Positions 16,706-25,401 of a stretch of DNA of 30,559 nucleotides are shown piece by piece (positions within the stretch are counted from its first letter, which is position 1; the number at the start of each line of letters is the position of its first letter). The DNA comes from a virus. Taxonomy: Duplodnaviria; Caudoviricetes. A program made the translations under genes and the position numbers. The notes beneath the pieces were generated by a model that had not been told where the DNA came from, did not search any database, and saw only the letters and a program-made list of their open reading frames with translations. The stretch spans positions 1 through 30,559 of the IMG/VR virus record IMGVR_UViG_3300005805_000312, one strand, 5' to 3'.

Positions 16706-18144
16706 TGTTTGATGTCCTCTCCAAGCACTTGGGTGGCGATGTCGATCTTGTCGCGCAGGGCCTTGACGATCTTCTCATCAACGGTGCCTGGCGCGATCAA
16801 GTCCACATAGGTGACGTTCTTTGTCTGCCCGATACGGTGCGCGCGGTCCTCGGACTGCAGGCGCTTTTCCAGGTCAAAGCTGTTGCTGAAGTAGACCACC
16901 GTGTTGGCGGCCGTCAACGTCAGGCCGTAGCCGCCGGTGCTGGGGTTGCCCACGAAGAAACGCAGGGGCTTTTCAGGGTCCTGGAAGTCGGCCAGCACGC
17001 GCTGTCGCTCGTCTTGATCCGTGTCGCCGTAATAGGTGCCCACGCACTCCATGCCGTAGTCCTTTTGCAGCGCCAGCTTGATCGCCTCGATGTCGGGCCG
17101 GTAGGTGGCCCAGATGATGATCTTGCCGTCGGTCTCTTCGACCACGCTCATGAGCTCTTTGATGCGGTTGCTGGGAAGATGCGCCATCGTGCCGTCGTCG
17201 AGCTTGACGTGGCCGCAGACGATCTGGTGCAAGCGCATGATCTGTGTGAGCGCGTTGACCGTGCTCACCATGCCGCTGCCCACCTGGGCGAGCGCGATGG
17301 CCTTCATGTCGCTGTAGGCCTTGGACTGCTCGTCTGTGAGGTCCACTTCGCGCTTGACGTAGAGCTTGTCAGGCAGGTCCAGGCACTCTTCCTTTTTCAC
17401 GCGAAAGCTGAAGCGATCGAGCTTTTCTTTGAGCTCGTCCAAGCGGCGGTAGCCCACGATCTGCTTGAAGCTGTGGCTTGCCAGTTGCCGCTCGACAATC
17501 ACGGCGTAGCGCGCCTGGAAGGCGTAGTAGCTGTGCATGTTCAGGCAGTTGGGCGAGAGAAACTCACACTGCTGGTAGAGGTCCATGGGCGAGCGCGTGA
17601 CCGGGGAGCCCGTCATGATGCGCTTGTACCGCGCGCCAAGGCCCACTTTCTCGGTGTTCTTGCTGCGCGCCGAGCCAGGCGTCTTGATGGTCGTGCTCTC
17701 ATCGACTGCCATGAGCGCGTTGTGCACGAGCAAGAAGCGCTTGGCAAAGGCGGTGCCTTTGGCCGTGCTGAAGGCCTCGACGTTCATGATCAGAATCTTC
17801 AGGTCCTCCGAGACCTCAAAGAGCCTGTCCAGCGCCTGCAGTTCGGCCTTTCGGGGCGAGGCGGCCCAGATGGCCATGCGATAGACCACGTGGCTGGGCA
17901 TGTGCTTGGGGATTTCGGTGTCGTACCAGTTGCGGTAGACGCCCTTGGGCGCAACGATCAGCAGGCCGTTGATCTTGCCCTTGTCGTAGAGCAGCGCGGC
18001 GTTGTTGATGAGCATGTAGCTCTTGCCGGTGCCCATGTCAGCAAACAAGGCTGCGACAGGTTCTGACCAAAAGCGCTGCAAATAGGCCGCTTGATGGGCA
18101 AACGGCTTGTTCTTGAACGGGTAGGTGGCGAGGTAGTGGTCCAT
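16693..18144 (-). CDS. SNF2-family (SF2) helicase/ATPase
   Basis: Start reassigned to ATG 18144 (purine-rich AGAAAGAGAGA upstream). Motifs DMGTGKS, VDES, MTGSP, GGYGLTL and QSEDRAHRIGQ. Confidence 0.92.
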   Translation of the reverse strand: MDHYLATYPFKNKPFAHQAAYLQRFWSEPVAALFADMGTGKSYMLINNAALLYDKGKINGLLIVAPKGVYRNWYDTEIPKHMPSHVVYRMAIWAASPRKAELQALDRLFEVSEDLKILIMNVEAFSTAKGTAFAKRFLLVHNALMAVDESTTIKTPGSARSKNTEKVGLGARYKRIMTGSPVTRSPMDLYQQCEFLSPNCLNMHSYYAFQARYAVIVERQLASHSFKQIVGYRRLDELKEKLDRFSFRVKKEECLDLPDKLYVKREVDLTDEQSKAYSDMKAIALAQVGSGMVSTVNALTQIMRLHQIVCGHVKLDDGTMAHLPSNRIKELMSVVEETDGKIIIWATYRPDIEAIKLALQKDYGMECVGTYYGDTDQDERQRVLADFQDPEKPLRFFVGNPSTGGYGLTLTAANTVVYFSNSFDLEKRLQSEDRAHRIGQTKNVTYVDLIAPGTVDEKIVKALRDKIDIATQVLGEDIKQWLI

Positions 18145-18168
18145 GAAGTCTCTCTTTCTGGCAGGGGC

Positions 18169-18199
18169 TTGACAACCGCTGTGGAACGTAGTGTACACT
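18169..18199 (+). promoter_or_regulatory. Rightward sigma70-type promoter (19-bp spacer) in the divergent region; the -10 lies in a palindrome
   Basis: TTGACA 18169-18174, TACACT 18194-18199. AGTGTACACT (18190-18199) is a perfect palindrome. Confidence 0.65.
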
Positions 18200-18229
18200 G
18201 GGCGCTCGCTTTGAGAAAGGAGAATTTCA

Positions 18230-18574
18230 GTGCCAACGGTATACGTCGTATCCGAGACCACAACGCACAACATTGCGTCTGCTCTTGACTACGGCAAGAT
18301 CGAAACCATTCTGCCGCCCAACGCGCAGATTGCCTTTTCTGTCGTGCCGACAGTCCGGCGCATTCAGCGCAAGTTGGAGAAATTCAGCGATGAGGACTTT
18401 CTACTCCTCATTGGTGACCCGTCTGCCATAGGGATAACCTGTGCAGTCGCGGCGGCCCGTAACAACGGCCGCTTCAAGTGTCTCAAGTGGGACAAGCGTG
18501 AAAGGCGCTATATTCCACTTGAGGTTGATCTGTTCAAGAAAGGAGAAATCGATGAGTCTTACGAATTTGTTTGA
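18230..18574 (+). CDS. Hypothetical alpha/beta protein, first gene of the replication arm
   Basis: GTG start after AGAAAGGAGAA. Motifs DFLLLIGDP and LKWDKRERRY. Confidence 0.8.
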   Translation: MPTVYVVSETTTHNIASALDYGKIETILPPNAQIAFSVVPTVRRIQRKLEKFSDEDFLLLIGDPSAIGITCAVAAARNNGRFKCLKWDKRERRYIPLEVDLFKKGEIDESYEFV

Positions 18575-19106
18575 GAACGATGCGGATGCCTTGAAGGTCT
18601 CTGATGAGACTGTCACTGGTATCTCGGGGCTTGCCCGTCGTGCCAAGCTACTGGAGAAGGAAATTTCGGACTTGACCGCCTCCCTTGCGGAGAAGGAAGA
18701 GAACTACCGAAAGCTCACTGAGCAAGCCATTCCAGAAGCCATGGCCGAAGCGGGCATGCGCAAGTTCGTGATGGAAGACGGCTCGATGATCGACATCAAA
18801 CCGTTCTACGGTGCCAGCATCCCCAAGGCCCGCCAGGCCGAGGCGTTTGATTGGCTTCGCAAGAACGGTTTTGACGACATCATCAAGAGCATTGTCAGCG
18901 TCCGCTTTGGACGTGGTGAGGACGAGCTCTGTGCACGTCTTCTGCGGGTTCTTGGTGAGCAAGGCTACCCGGCCGAGCAAACCGAGAAGGTAGAACCCCA
19001 GACCCTCAAGGCCTGGGTGAAGGAGAGAATCGAAAAGGGGCAACCCGTCGATTCCGAACTTTTTGGCGTATTCATCGGCCAAAAAGCAATCATTAAATCA
19101 GCTTAA
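18552..19106 (+). CDS. Hypothetical phage protein (N-terminal coiled coil; replication/recombination module)
   Basis: Start reassigned to ATG 18552 after AGAAAGGAGAA. Motifs IPEAMAEAG, AFDWLRKNG and VEPQTLKAWVKE. Confidence 0.8.
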   Translation: MSLTNLFENDADALKVSDETVTGISGLARRAKLLEKEISDLTASLAEKEENYRKLTEQAIPEAMAEAGMRKFVMEDGSMIDIKPFYGASIPKARQAEAFDWLRKNGFDDIIKSIVSVRFGRGEDELCARLLRVLGEQGYPAEQTEKVEPQTLKAWVKERIEKGQPVDSELFGVFIGQKAIIKSA

Positions 19107-19133
19107 CGAAACAAGACGAAAGGACCATGAACC

Positions 19134-19910
19134 ATGGCTAAAACCGAAATTGCGGAAAAGACTGCGAGCACCGCACTCGCGATCATGAGCGACCTCGAAC
19201 AGGACGCTGGTGCAGGCTTTGACGGGATGACTCAGGAAGACTACGCGCTTCCCTTCCTGCGACTGCTCACCAACACCAGCCCCGAGGTTGGAGAGGTAGA
19301 TGGTGCCATGCCCGGCATGATCTACAACTCAGTGACCGGCGAGTTGCACGATGGCAAGAAAGGCATCCTGGTGGTGCCCTGTGCGTACGTACGTCAGTAC
19401 ATCGAATGGGAGCCCCGTGGCTCGGGCAGCGGTGCACCTGTGCACATCTACCCTGCAACGAGTGACATCCTGTCGCAGACGCACAAGGAGCCCAGCGACA
19501 ACAAGGACTACCTGGACAACGGCAACTACATCGAGAACACCGCCAATCACTACGTGATGCTGGTGGATGCGAACGGTGTGCCGGGGCCAGCGCTGATCAC
19601 CATGAAGTCCACACAGCTCAAGAAGAGCCGCAAGTGGAACAGCATGATGCAGTCGGTCAAGATGACCGGCAAGAACGGTTTGTTCACTCCTCCGATGTAC
19701 AGCCAAATCTACAAGCTCACCACGGTGGCCGAGTCCAACGACAAAGGCAAGTGGTACGGCTGGGAGATTGAACGCGTCGGTCCGGTAGAACAGCAAGACC
19801 TGTACAAGGCATGCAAGCTCTTCGCACAGTCCGTTGGCTCGGGCGATGTGAAGGTCAAGCACGAAAGTGGGGATGGTACTGAAGCAGGAAATGGCGCAGC
19901 ACCGTTTTGA
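19134..19910 (+). CDS. Putative single-stranded DNA-binding protein
   Basis: Beta-rich body and flexible C-terminus ending AAPF. Lies upstream of the primase and is followed by a terminator, consistent with high expression. Confidence 0.6.
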   Translation: MAKTEIAEKTASTALAIMSDLEQDAGAGFDGMTQEDYALPFLRLLTNTSPEVGEVDGAMPGMIYNSVTGELHDGKKGILVVPCAYVRQYIEWEPRGSGSGAPVHIYPATSDILSQTHKEPSDNKDYLDNGNYIENTANHYVMLVDANGVPGPALITMKSTQLKKSRKWNSMMQSVKMTGKNGLFTPPMYSQIYKLTTVAESNDKGKWYGWEIERVGPVEQQDLYKACKLFAQSVGSGDVKVKHESGDGTEAGNGAAPF

Positions 19911-19917
19911 TGGTCAC

Positions 19918-19947
19918 GGGGGACGTCCATGGGGACGTCCCCTTTTT
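19918..19947 (+). terminator. Intrinsic terminator after the SSB-like gene
   Basis: GGGGACGTCC-ATGG-GGACGTCCCC 10-bp stem followed by TTTTT. Confidence 0.8.
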
Positions 19948-19963
19948 CAAAAAGAAAGAAGAA

Positions 19964-21496
19964 ATGACGGACATCACACGGTTCAAGGCAATTTTCAACG
20001 GACTCGATATCGCCTACGGAACCTACCGCATCGAGGGGTCCAAGGAGAGTGGAAAGCAGGCAGGTAAAGCGGTTGTAGTCCGCAAGCCGCCGACGGATGA
20101 TCTGTGGGCCAAGCACTTGGAGGGTGCGGAGCCTTCACTGGGGATCATCCCGATCCGTTCTGACAACACCTGCATTTGGGGGTGCATTGACATTGACCAG
20201 TACCCGCTGGATCACCAGGGGCTGATCAAGAAGATTCGAGGCCTGGAGCTGCCTCTTGTGGTGTGCCGCAGCAAGTCTGGCGGTGCGCACGTGTTCGTGT
20301 TCATCAAAGAGCCCATCCCGGCGGCCAACATGCAGCGCTACCTCAAGGCGTGCGCTGCCGTCTTGGGCGAGGCCGGCCGCGAAATATTCCCCAAGCAAGC
20401 TGAAATCCTGGTGGAGCGTGGCGACACCGGCAACTTCCTGAACCTGCCTTACTTCGGCGGCGATCAGACCATGCGGTACGCGATCCGAGACGACGGATCG
20501 GCCGCCACTTTGGAGGAGTTCTACGCCCTGTACGACCAGTTCGTGCAAGGCCCGGACCTGACGCCTCCAGAAGAACCCAAGAAGGCTGATCACCCCATTA
20601 AGGACGGTCCCCCATGCCTACAGGCTATCTGCGCACAAGGCGTGCCCGAAGGCACACGGAACAACGCGCTGTTCAACATCGGCATCTACCTGAAGAAGCT
20701 GCATCCCGTGAACTGGGACAACGCACTGGCCGAGCACAACTTCAAGTACGTTGCACCTCCACTGCCGAACAACGAGCTGCAGGTCATCATCAAGCAGCTC
20801 CACAAGAAAGACTACAAGTACAAGTGCAAGGACGCCCCGATCAACAGCTTCTGCAACAGCGGCCTGTGCAGGACACGCAAATACGGGATCGGGGCCGACG
20901 GGCCAGACAGCCCACAGCTCTCCTCCCTATCCAAGTACAACAGCGAACCACCCCTGTGGTTCCTTGACATCAACGGCAAGCGCATCGAGCTCGACACCGA
21001 GGCGCTGTTCAATCAGGCAGCCTTTCAGAAGGCCTGCATCGAGAAGATCAACGTGCTGCCCCCGACGCTGCGCAAGCAGGACTGGGAGCAACTGCTCAAC
21101 GCCCTGCTGCGCGAGATGGTGGAGAGTGAGCAGATCACCGAGGCCCCGGAAGACACCAGCGTGACGGGCCGCTTCAACGACCTCCTGGAGGAGTTCGCGA
21201 CCCACCTACAACAGGCCATGGACCGCGATGAAATCCTCATGGGCCGCCCGTGGATCAACGAGGAAGAGGCCAAGGTCTACTACCGCATGAAGGACCTGGA
21301 AGCACACCTGACGCGCAACAACTTCAAAGGCCTGACCGCGCCCAAGATGGCGCAGCGCATTCGCGAGCTCGGCGGCGAGCCCATCAGTCTGTTTCTGAAG
21401 AACCGCACGGTGCGCTGCTGGCGTATGCCGCTGTTCAACAAGCAAGACGCGCCTTTCGACACGCCCGAGCAGAAGAAAGCAAGGAGCCCATTCTGA
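19964..21496 (+). CDS. Primase-polymerase (AEP superfamily) with a PriCT-like domain
   Basis: Start reassigned to ATG 19964. Motifs CIDID (DxD), RSKSGGAH, GNFLNLPY and PPCL...GTRNNALF, plus a Cys cluster. Confidence 0.85.
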   Translation: MTDITRFKAIFNGLDIAYGTYRIEGSKESGKQAGKAVVVRKPPTDDLWAKHLEGAEPSLGIIPIRSDNTCIWGCIDIDQYPLDHQGLIKKIRGLELPLVVCRSKSGGAHVFVFIKEPIPAANMQRYLKACAAVLGEAGREIFPKQAEILVERGDTGNFLNLPYFGGDQTMRYAIRDDGSAATLEEFYALYDQFVQGPDLTPPEEPKKADHPIKDGPPCLQAICAQGVPEGTRNNALFNIGIYLKKLHPVNWDNALAEHNFKYVAPPLPNNELQVIIKQLHKKDYKYKCKDAPINSFCNSGLCRTRKYGIGADGPDSPQLSSLSKYNSEPPLWFLDINGKRIELDTEALFNQAAFQKACIEKINVLPPTLRKQDWEQLLNALLREMVESEQITEAPEDTSVTGRFNDLLEEFATHLQQAMDRDEILMGRPWINEEEAKVYYRMKDLEAHLTRNNFKGLTAPKMAQRIRELGGEPISLFLKNRTVRCWRMPLFNKQDAPFDTPEQKKARSPF

Positions 21497-21735
21497 TGCT
21501 GAAGATCGACGGATTTGATGATGCAGTGATTGGGCCGGCCATGGTTTGGCGCGACAAGGGCCTGTGTGACGTGCTGGTCTACGACGCGGAGAAGATTCGT
21601 GAGACCTTGATGAAACGCGATGGCATGAGCGCCGAGGAGGCCCGCGAATACATCGAGTTCAATATCGAGGGCGCATACGTGGGAGAGCACACGCCTGTCC
21701 TGGTGTGGCCACAAGACGAGTGGGGCGAGCTTTGA
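21496..21735 (+). CDS. Hypothetical phage protein (79 aa)
   Basis: TGATG coupling with the primase stop. Motif DGFDDAVIG...VYD...EEAREYIEFNIEGAYVGEHTP. Confidence 0.8.
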   Translation: MLKIDGFDDAVIGPAMVWRDKGLCDVLVYDAEKIRETLMKRDGMSAEEAREYIEFNIEGAYVGEHTPVLVWPQDEWGEL

Positions 21736-21932
21736 TGCGGCCCCACGTCTCCGGCACAGCCGTCTGGCGACTGCCCGACGTCGAGCGGCCGCCTGGTGGC
21801 ACCAAGATGCTGCTGCTCACGCCTGGCGGCGTCTGCGTCATCGGTACCTGGGATGCCTGGTGCGTAGCCTGGGCCCCACTTCCAGACCTCACGCCAGAAG
21901 TCAAAGAACGATTGAGAGGGGCAAAGAAATGA
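21735..21932 (+). CDS. Hypothetical protein (65 aa, DUF551-like WxPLP motif)
   Basis: TGATG overlap upstream and ATGA overlap downstream. Contains VAWAPLP. Confidence 0.65.
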   Translation: MRPHVSGTAVWRLPDVERPPGGTKMLLLTPGGVCVIGTWDAWCVAWAPLPDLTPEVKERLRGAKK

Positions 21933-23431
21933 GCGTCACCAAGGTATTCGGCCCACCCGGGTCTGGCAAGACCACTTACCTGCTCAACATCGTGGAGTCC
22001 GAGCTGGAATCCGATGTGCCCTCGCACAAGATCGGCTACTTCGCTTTCACCAAGAAGGCCGCCACCGAGGCCAAGGAGCGGGGCATGCGCAAGTTCCCGC
22101 ACCTGAACCCCGACATGGATTTCCCCTGGTTTCGCACGCTGCACAGCCTGGCGTTTCGCTGCCTGGCCATCGGCACCAAGGACATGATGGCCCCTGAGAA
22201 CTACCAGGAGTTCGCCCGCGAGGCCGGCATCGAGATCAGCGTGGATGCGTTTGCCGAAGAGGACTTCATGGTCAAGGCGGACCACCCCATCCTCAACGAG
22301 ATCAACATTGCGCGGATCAAGGGTCTGGACCTGCGCGAGCACTACAACCGCTCCAAGATCGAAATCGAGTGGTACTACTTCGAGTTCATCGAGCGCGCCT
22401 ACCGCCACTACAAAGAATCGCGCAACCTGCTGGACTTCACCGACCTCTTGGAGCAAGTGGTCCAGGAGCCCGATCGGCTGCCGAGCCTGGAGGCCCTGAT
22501 CATTGACGAAGCACAGGACCTCTCGCGGCTGCAGTGGAAACTTGTCGAGGAGCTCGCCCTACGCGCCAAGCGCACCTTTTTGGCCGGCGACGATGACCAG
22601 GCCGTCTACACCTGGGCCGGGGCCGACGTGGACAGCTTCTTGAACTTCGCAGGCGAGATCAAAGTATTGGACCAGTCCTACCGCGTGCCGGCCAAAGTGC
22701 ACGCCCTGGCCGATCGCGTGGTGCACCGCATCCGCAAGCGCCAGCCCAAGGTCTGGAAAGCGCGCCAGGAGACGGGCAGCGTGCAGTACTACACCGACTG
22801 GCAGCATGTGGACGTCACCAAGGGCGACTGGCTGGTGCTGGCAGCGGCCAACTACATGCTCACCGACATGCACGACTGGCTCAAGAGCCAGGGGCTGCTT
22901 TTCGAGCGCCACGGACAACGGTCCATCCCTGAGGCGGTGCTTGCCGCTGTGGTGGGCTGGGAGCGACTGCGCAAGGGCGGCGAGGTGGACTACCCGACGC
23001 TCAAGCTGATCTACAAGTACCTCGACACGAGCGCCGTGAAACATGGCCACAAGGGCCTGAAGACGGCCAACGTGGAGGCCATGTACACGCTCGATCTCCT
23101 GAAAGAAAAGCACGGACTTCTTTCTACAGAAATCTGGCACGAGTCGCTGACCAAGATCGCCGAGGACAAGCGCAACTACATCATCGCGCTGCTGCGTCGC
23201 GGCATCAAGATCACGGGCCGCGCACCCATCAAGCTGTCCACGATCCACGGTGCCAAGGGCGGCGAGGCAGACAACGTGCTGCTGATGGGGGACCTCACCA
23301 CGAAGTTCGCCAAGGACTACGAGCGCAACTCCGACGACATCAACCGGTTGCTCTACGTGGGGATCACGCGCGCCAAACAAGCGCTGCACATCGTGCTGCC
23401 GCGCAACGAACAGAAAGGCTTCAGACTATGA
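21929..23431 (+). CDS. UvrD/Rep-like SF1 DNA helicase
   Basis: Start reassigned to ATG 21929. Motifs GPPGSGKT, IIDEAQD, GDDDQAVY, QSYR, STIHGAKGGE and YVGITRAK. Confidence 0.93.
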   Translation: MSVTKVFGPPGSGKTTYLLNIVESELESDVPSHKIGYFAFTKKAATEAKERGMRKFPHLNPDMDFPWFRTLHSLAFRCLAIGTKDMMAPENYQEFAREAGIEISVDAFAEEDFMVKADHPILNEINIARIKGLDLREHYNRSKIEIEWYYFEFIERAYRHYKESRNLLDFTDLLEQVVQEPDRLPSLEALIIDEAQDLSRLQWKLVEELALRAKRTFLAGDDDQAVYTWAGADVDSFLNFAGEIKVLDQSYRVPAKVHALADRVVHRIRKRQPKVWKARQETGSVQYYTDWQHVDVTKGDWLVLAAANYMLTDMHDWLKSQGLLFERHGQRSIPEAVLAAVVGWERLRKGGEVDYPTLKLIYKYLDTSAVKHGHKGLKTANVEAMYTLDLLKEKHGLLSTEIWHESLTKIAEDKRNYIIALLRRGIKITGRAPIKLSTIHGAKGGEADNVLLMGDLTTKFAKDYERNSDDINRLLYVGITRAKQALHIVLPRNEQKGFRL

Positions 23432-25308
23432 AAAGGCGTGACATCCAAACCATGTCGCTGTTCCCGCGCATCTCTGAGTGGGTGCCGCCGCAGAACTTCC
23501 CCAACCTCAGTGAAGCTACGGAGATTGCAATTGACCTCGAAACCTGTGACCCGAACATGGAGAGCATGGGCCCGGGATGGCCTCGGCGAGACGGCTACAT
23601 TGTTGGTTACGCTGTTGCTGTTGACGGCTGGTCTGGCTATTTTCCTGTTGCTCACGCTGGGGGCGGCAATCTGGACCGCCGTATCGTGGAGCGTTGGATC
23701 ACTGATGTACTGGCGACACCGGCTGACAAAATCTGTCACAACGCCGCCTACGACATCGGATGGCTTCGGGCGAGTGGGTTCACCGTCAACGGACGCGTCA
23801 TCGACACGATGGTGGCAGCGCCGCTGATCGACGAGAACCGCTTCAGCTACGCTCTGAACAGCCTGGGCTTTGACTACCTCAAGGAGGTCAAGTCAGAACA
23901 GGGCCTGAAGGAGGCCGCCCAGGACTTCGGCGTGCACGCCAAGAAGGAGCTGTGGAAGCTGCCGGCCATGCACGTCGGGGCCTACGCCGAACAGGACGCT
24001 GCGCTCACGCTCAAGCTGTGGCACCACCTCAAGACGCTGCTCAAGCGCGACGAGGTCGAATCGATCTTCAACGTCGAGACGGAGCTGCTGCCCATCCTCA
24101 TTGACGTCACCCTGCGCGGCATCCGCTTTGATCGCGATCGCTGCGAGACGCTGGTGCGTGAGATGCGCAGCAAGGAGACGGAGCTGTTGCGCACGCTCAA
24201 GGACCAGGCCGGACGCACCGTGGACATCTGGGCTGCGGCCAGCATCGCACAGGCCTTCGACAAGCTGGGCATCGAATACCCGCGCACGGCCCAAGGCGCG
24301 CCGAGCTTCACCAAGAGCTTTCTGGACAGTCACGACCATCCGATGGCCAAGATGATCGTGGAGGCCCGTGAGCTCAACAAGACCCACGGCACCTTCTTGG
24401 AGCCCTACCTGCGCCACAGCCAGGCCGATGGCCGGGTGCACACGCACTTCAATCAACTGCGCAACGAAGACGGCGGCACAGTGAGCGGCCGGCTGTCAGC
24501 GGCCAACCCCAACCTGCAACAGGTGCCCGCGCGCCACGAGATCATTGGCCCCATGGTGCGCAGCCTCTTCCTGCCTGAGGAGGACCAGCTCTGGGCCGCC
24601 AACGACTTCTCCTCGCAGGAGCCGCGCTTGTTGGTCCACTATGCCACGCTGCTGGAGTTGCCGGGGGCCGAGAAGATGGCCCAGGCCTACCGGGAAAACC
24701 CCGATACCGACTTCCACCAAATGGTCGCCGACATGGCCGGCATCAAGCGCAAGGCTGCCAAGACGATCGGCCTGGGGCTGATGTACGGCATGGGCAAGGC
24801 CAAGCTGGCCAACAGCCTGGATTTGCCCATCGAGGAGGCGAGCGAGCTCATCGGAACCTTCCACGCCAAGGTGCCTTTCCTGCGCGGCACGATTGACGCC
24901 GTGATGAAGCGCATCGAGCACCCGGCCTCGGGCGGTGCGATCCGCACACTGCTGGGCCGCAAGTGCCGCTTCCCGCTGTGGGAGCCGGTGGAGTGGGGCG
25001 TCAACAAGGCGCTGCCCTACGAGCAGGCCATCATCGAATACGGCCGACGCATCAAGCGGGCGGGCACCTACAAGGGCCTGAACCGCCTGATCCAGGGGTC
25101 CGCTGCCGACCAGACCAAAGCCGCCATGGTTGCACTGCACAAAGCCGGCTTCACGCTGCTGTTACAGGTGCACGACGAGATTGCGCTGTCGGTTCGCGAC
25201 AAAGACGAGGCGATCGAAGCATCACGGATCATGGCCACCGCCGTGAACCTGGAAGTGCCTTCGCGCGTGGACGTTGAGGTTGGACGTTCCTGGGGCGAGG
25301 CCGCATAA
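23428..25308 (+). CDS. polA: Family A DNA polymerase with 3'-5' exonuclease
   Basis: Exonuclease motifs IDLET, HNAAYD, YAEQDA. Motif A DFSSQEPR, motif B RKAAKTIGLGLMYG, motif C QVHDEI. No 5'-3' exonuclease domain. Confidence 0.96.
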   Translation: MKRRDIQTMSLFPRISEWVPPQNFPNLSEATEIAIDLETCDPNMESMGPGWPRRDGYIVGYAVAVDGWSGYFPVAHAGGGNLDRRIVERWITDVLATPADKICHNAAYDIGWLRASGFTVNGRVIDTMVAAPLIDENRFSYALNSLGFDYLKEVKSEQGLKEAAQDFGVHAKKELWKLPAMHVGAYAEQDAALTLKLWHHLKTLLKRDEVESIFNVETELLPILIDVTLRGIRFDRDRCETLVREMRSKETELLRTLKDQAGRTVDIWAAASIAQAFDKLGIEYPRTAQGAPSFTKSFLDSHDHPMAKMIVEARELNKTHGTFLEPYLRHSQADGRVHTHFNQLRNEDGGTVSGRLSAANPNLQQVPARHEIIGPMVRSLFLPEEDQLWAANDFSSQEPRLLVHYATLLELPGAEKMAQAYRENPDTDFHQMVADMAGIKRKAAKTIGLGLMYGMGKAKLANSLDLPIEEASELIGTFHAKVPFLRGTIDAVMKRIEHPASGGAIRTLLGRKCRFPLWEPVEWGVNKALPYEQAIIEYGRRIKRAGTYKGLNRLIQGSAADQTKAAMVALHKAGFTLLLQVHDEIALSVRDKDEAIEASRIMATAVNLEVPSRVDVEVGRSWGEAA

Positions 25309-25315
25309 TGAAAAC

Positions 25316-25380
25316 GGGAGCATTCCATGCTTCCATTGCAGTTGCCATCTTCGGCCGCGACTTGTTCGCGGCCGCTTTTT
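25316..25380 (+). ncRNA. Candidate small RNA or attenuator (5' hairpin, single-stranded linker, terminator)
   Basis: TGGACG-17-CATAAT at 25281-25309 predicts a start near 25316. Hairpin GGGAGCAT-TCC-ATGCTTCC, then the terminator hairpin. Confidence 0.4.
25352..25380 (+). terminator. Intrinsic terminator downstream of the DNA polymerase
   Basis: CGGCCGCGA-CTTGT-TCGCGGCCG 9-bp stem followed by CTTTTT. Confidence 0.8.
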
Positions 25381-25401
25381 CTACAGAAAGGAGAACTACG
25401 T

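Noticed and set aside
16660-18066. 468-aa plus-strand ORF opposite the SNF2 gene, and similar antisense ORFs (2819-3880, 3877-4848, 13693-14679, 22559-23389)
   Set aside because: Antisense frames stay open because of high GC3 bias, and the opposite strand carries clear conserved motifs.
18145-18273. N-terminal extensions given by the ORF track (SNF2 from 18273; also 1303, 2012, 18441, 19907, 21250, 21860, 25327, 26597, 28311, 29419, 29655)
   Set aside because: They run through promoters, terminators or neighbouring genes. Downstream starts with an RBS or ATGA/TGATG coupling fit better.
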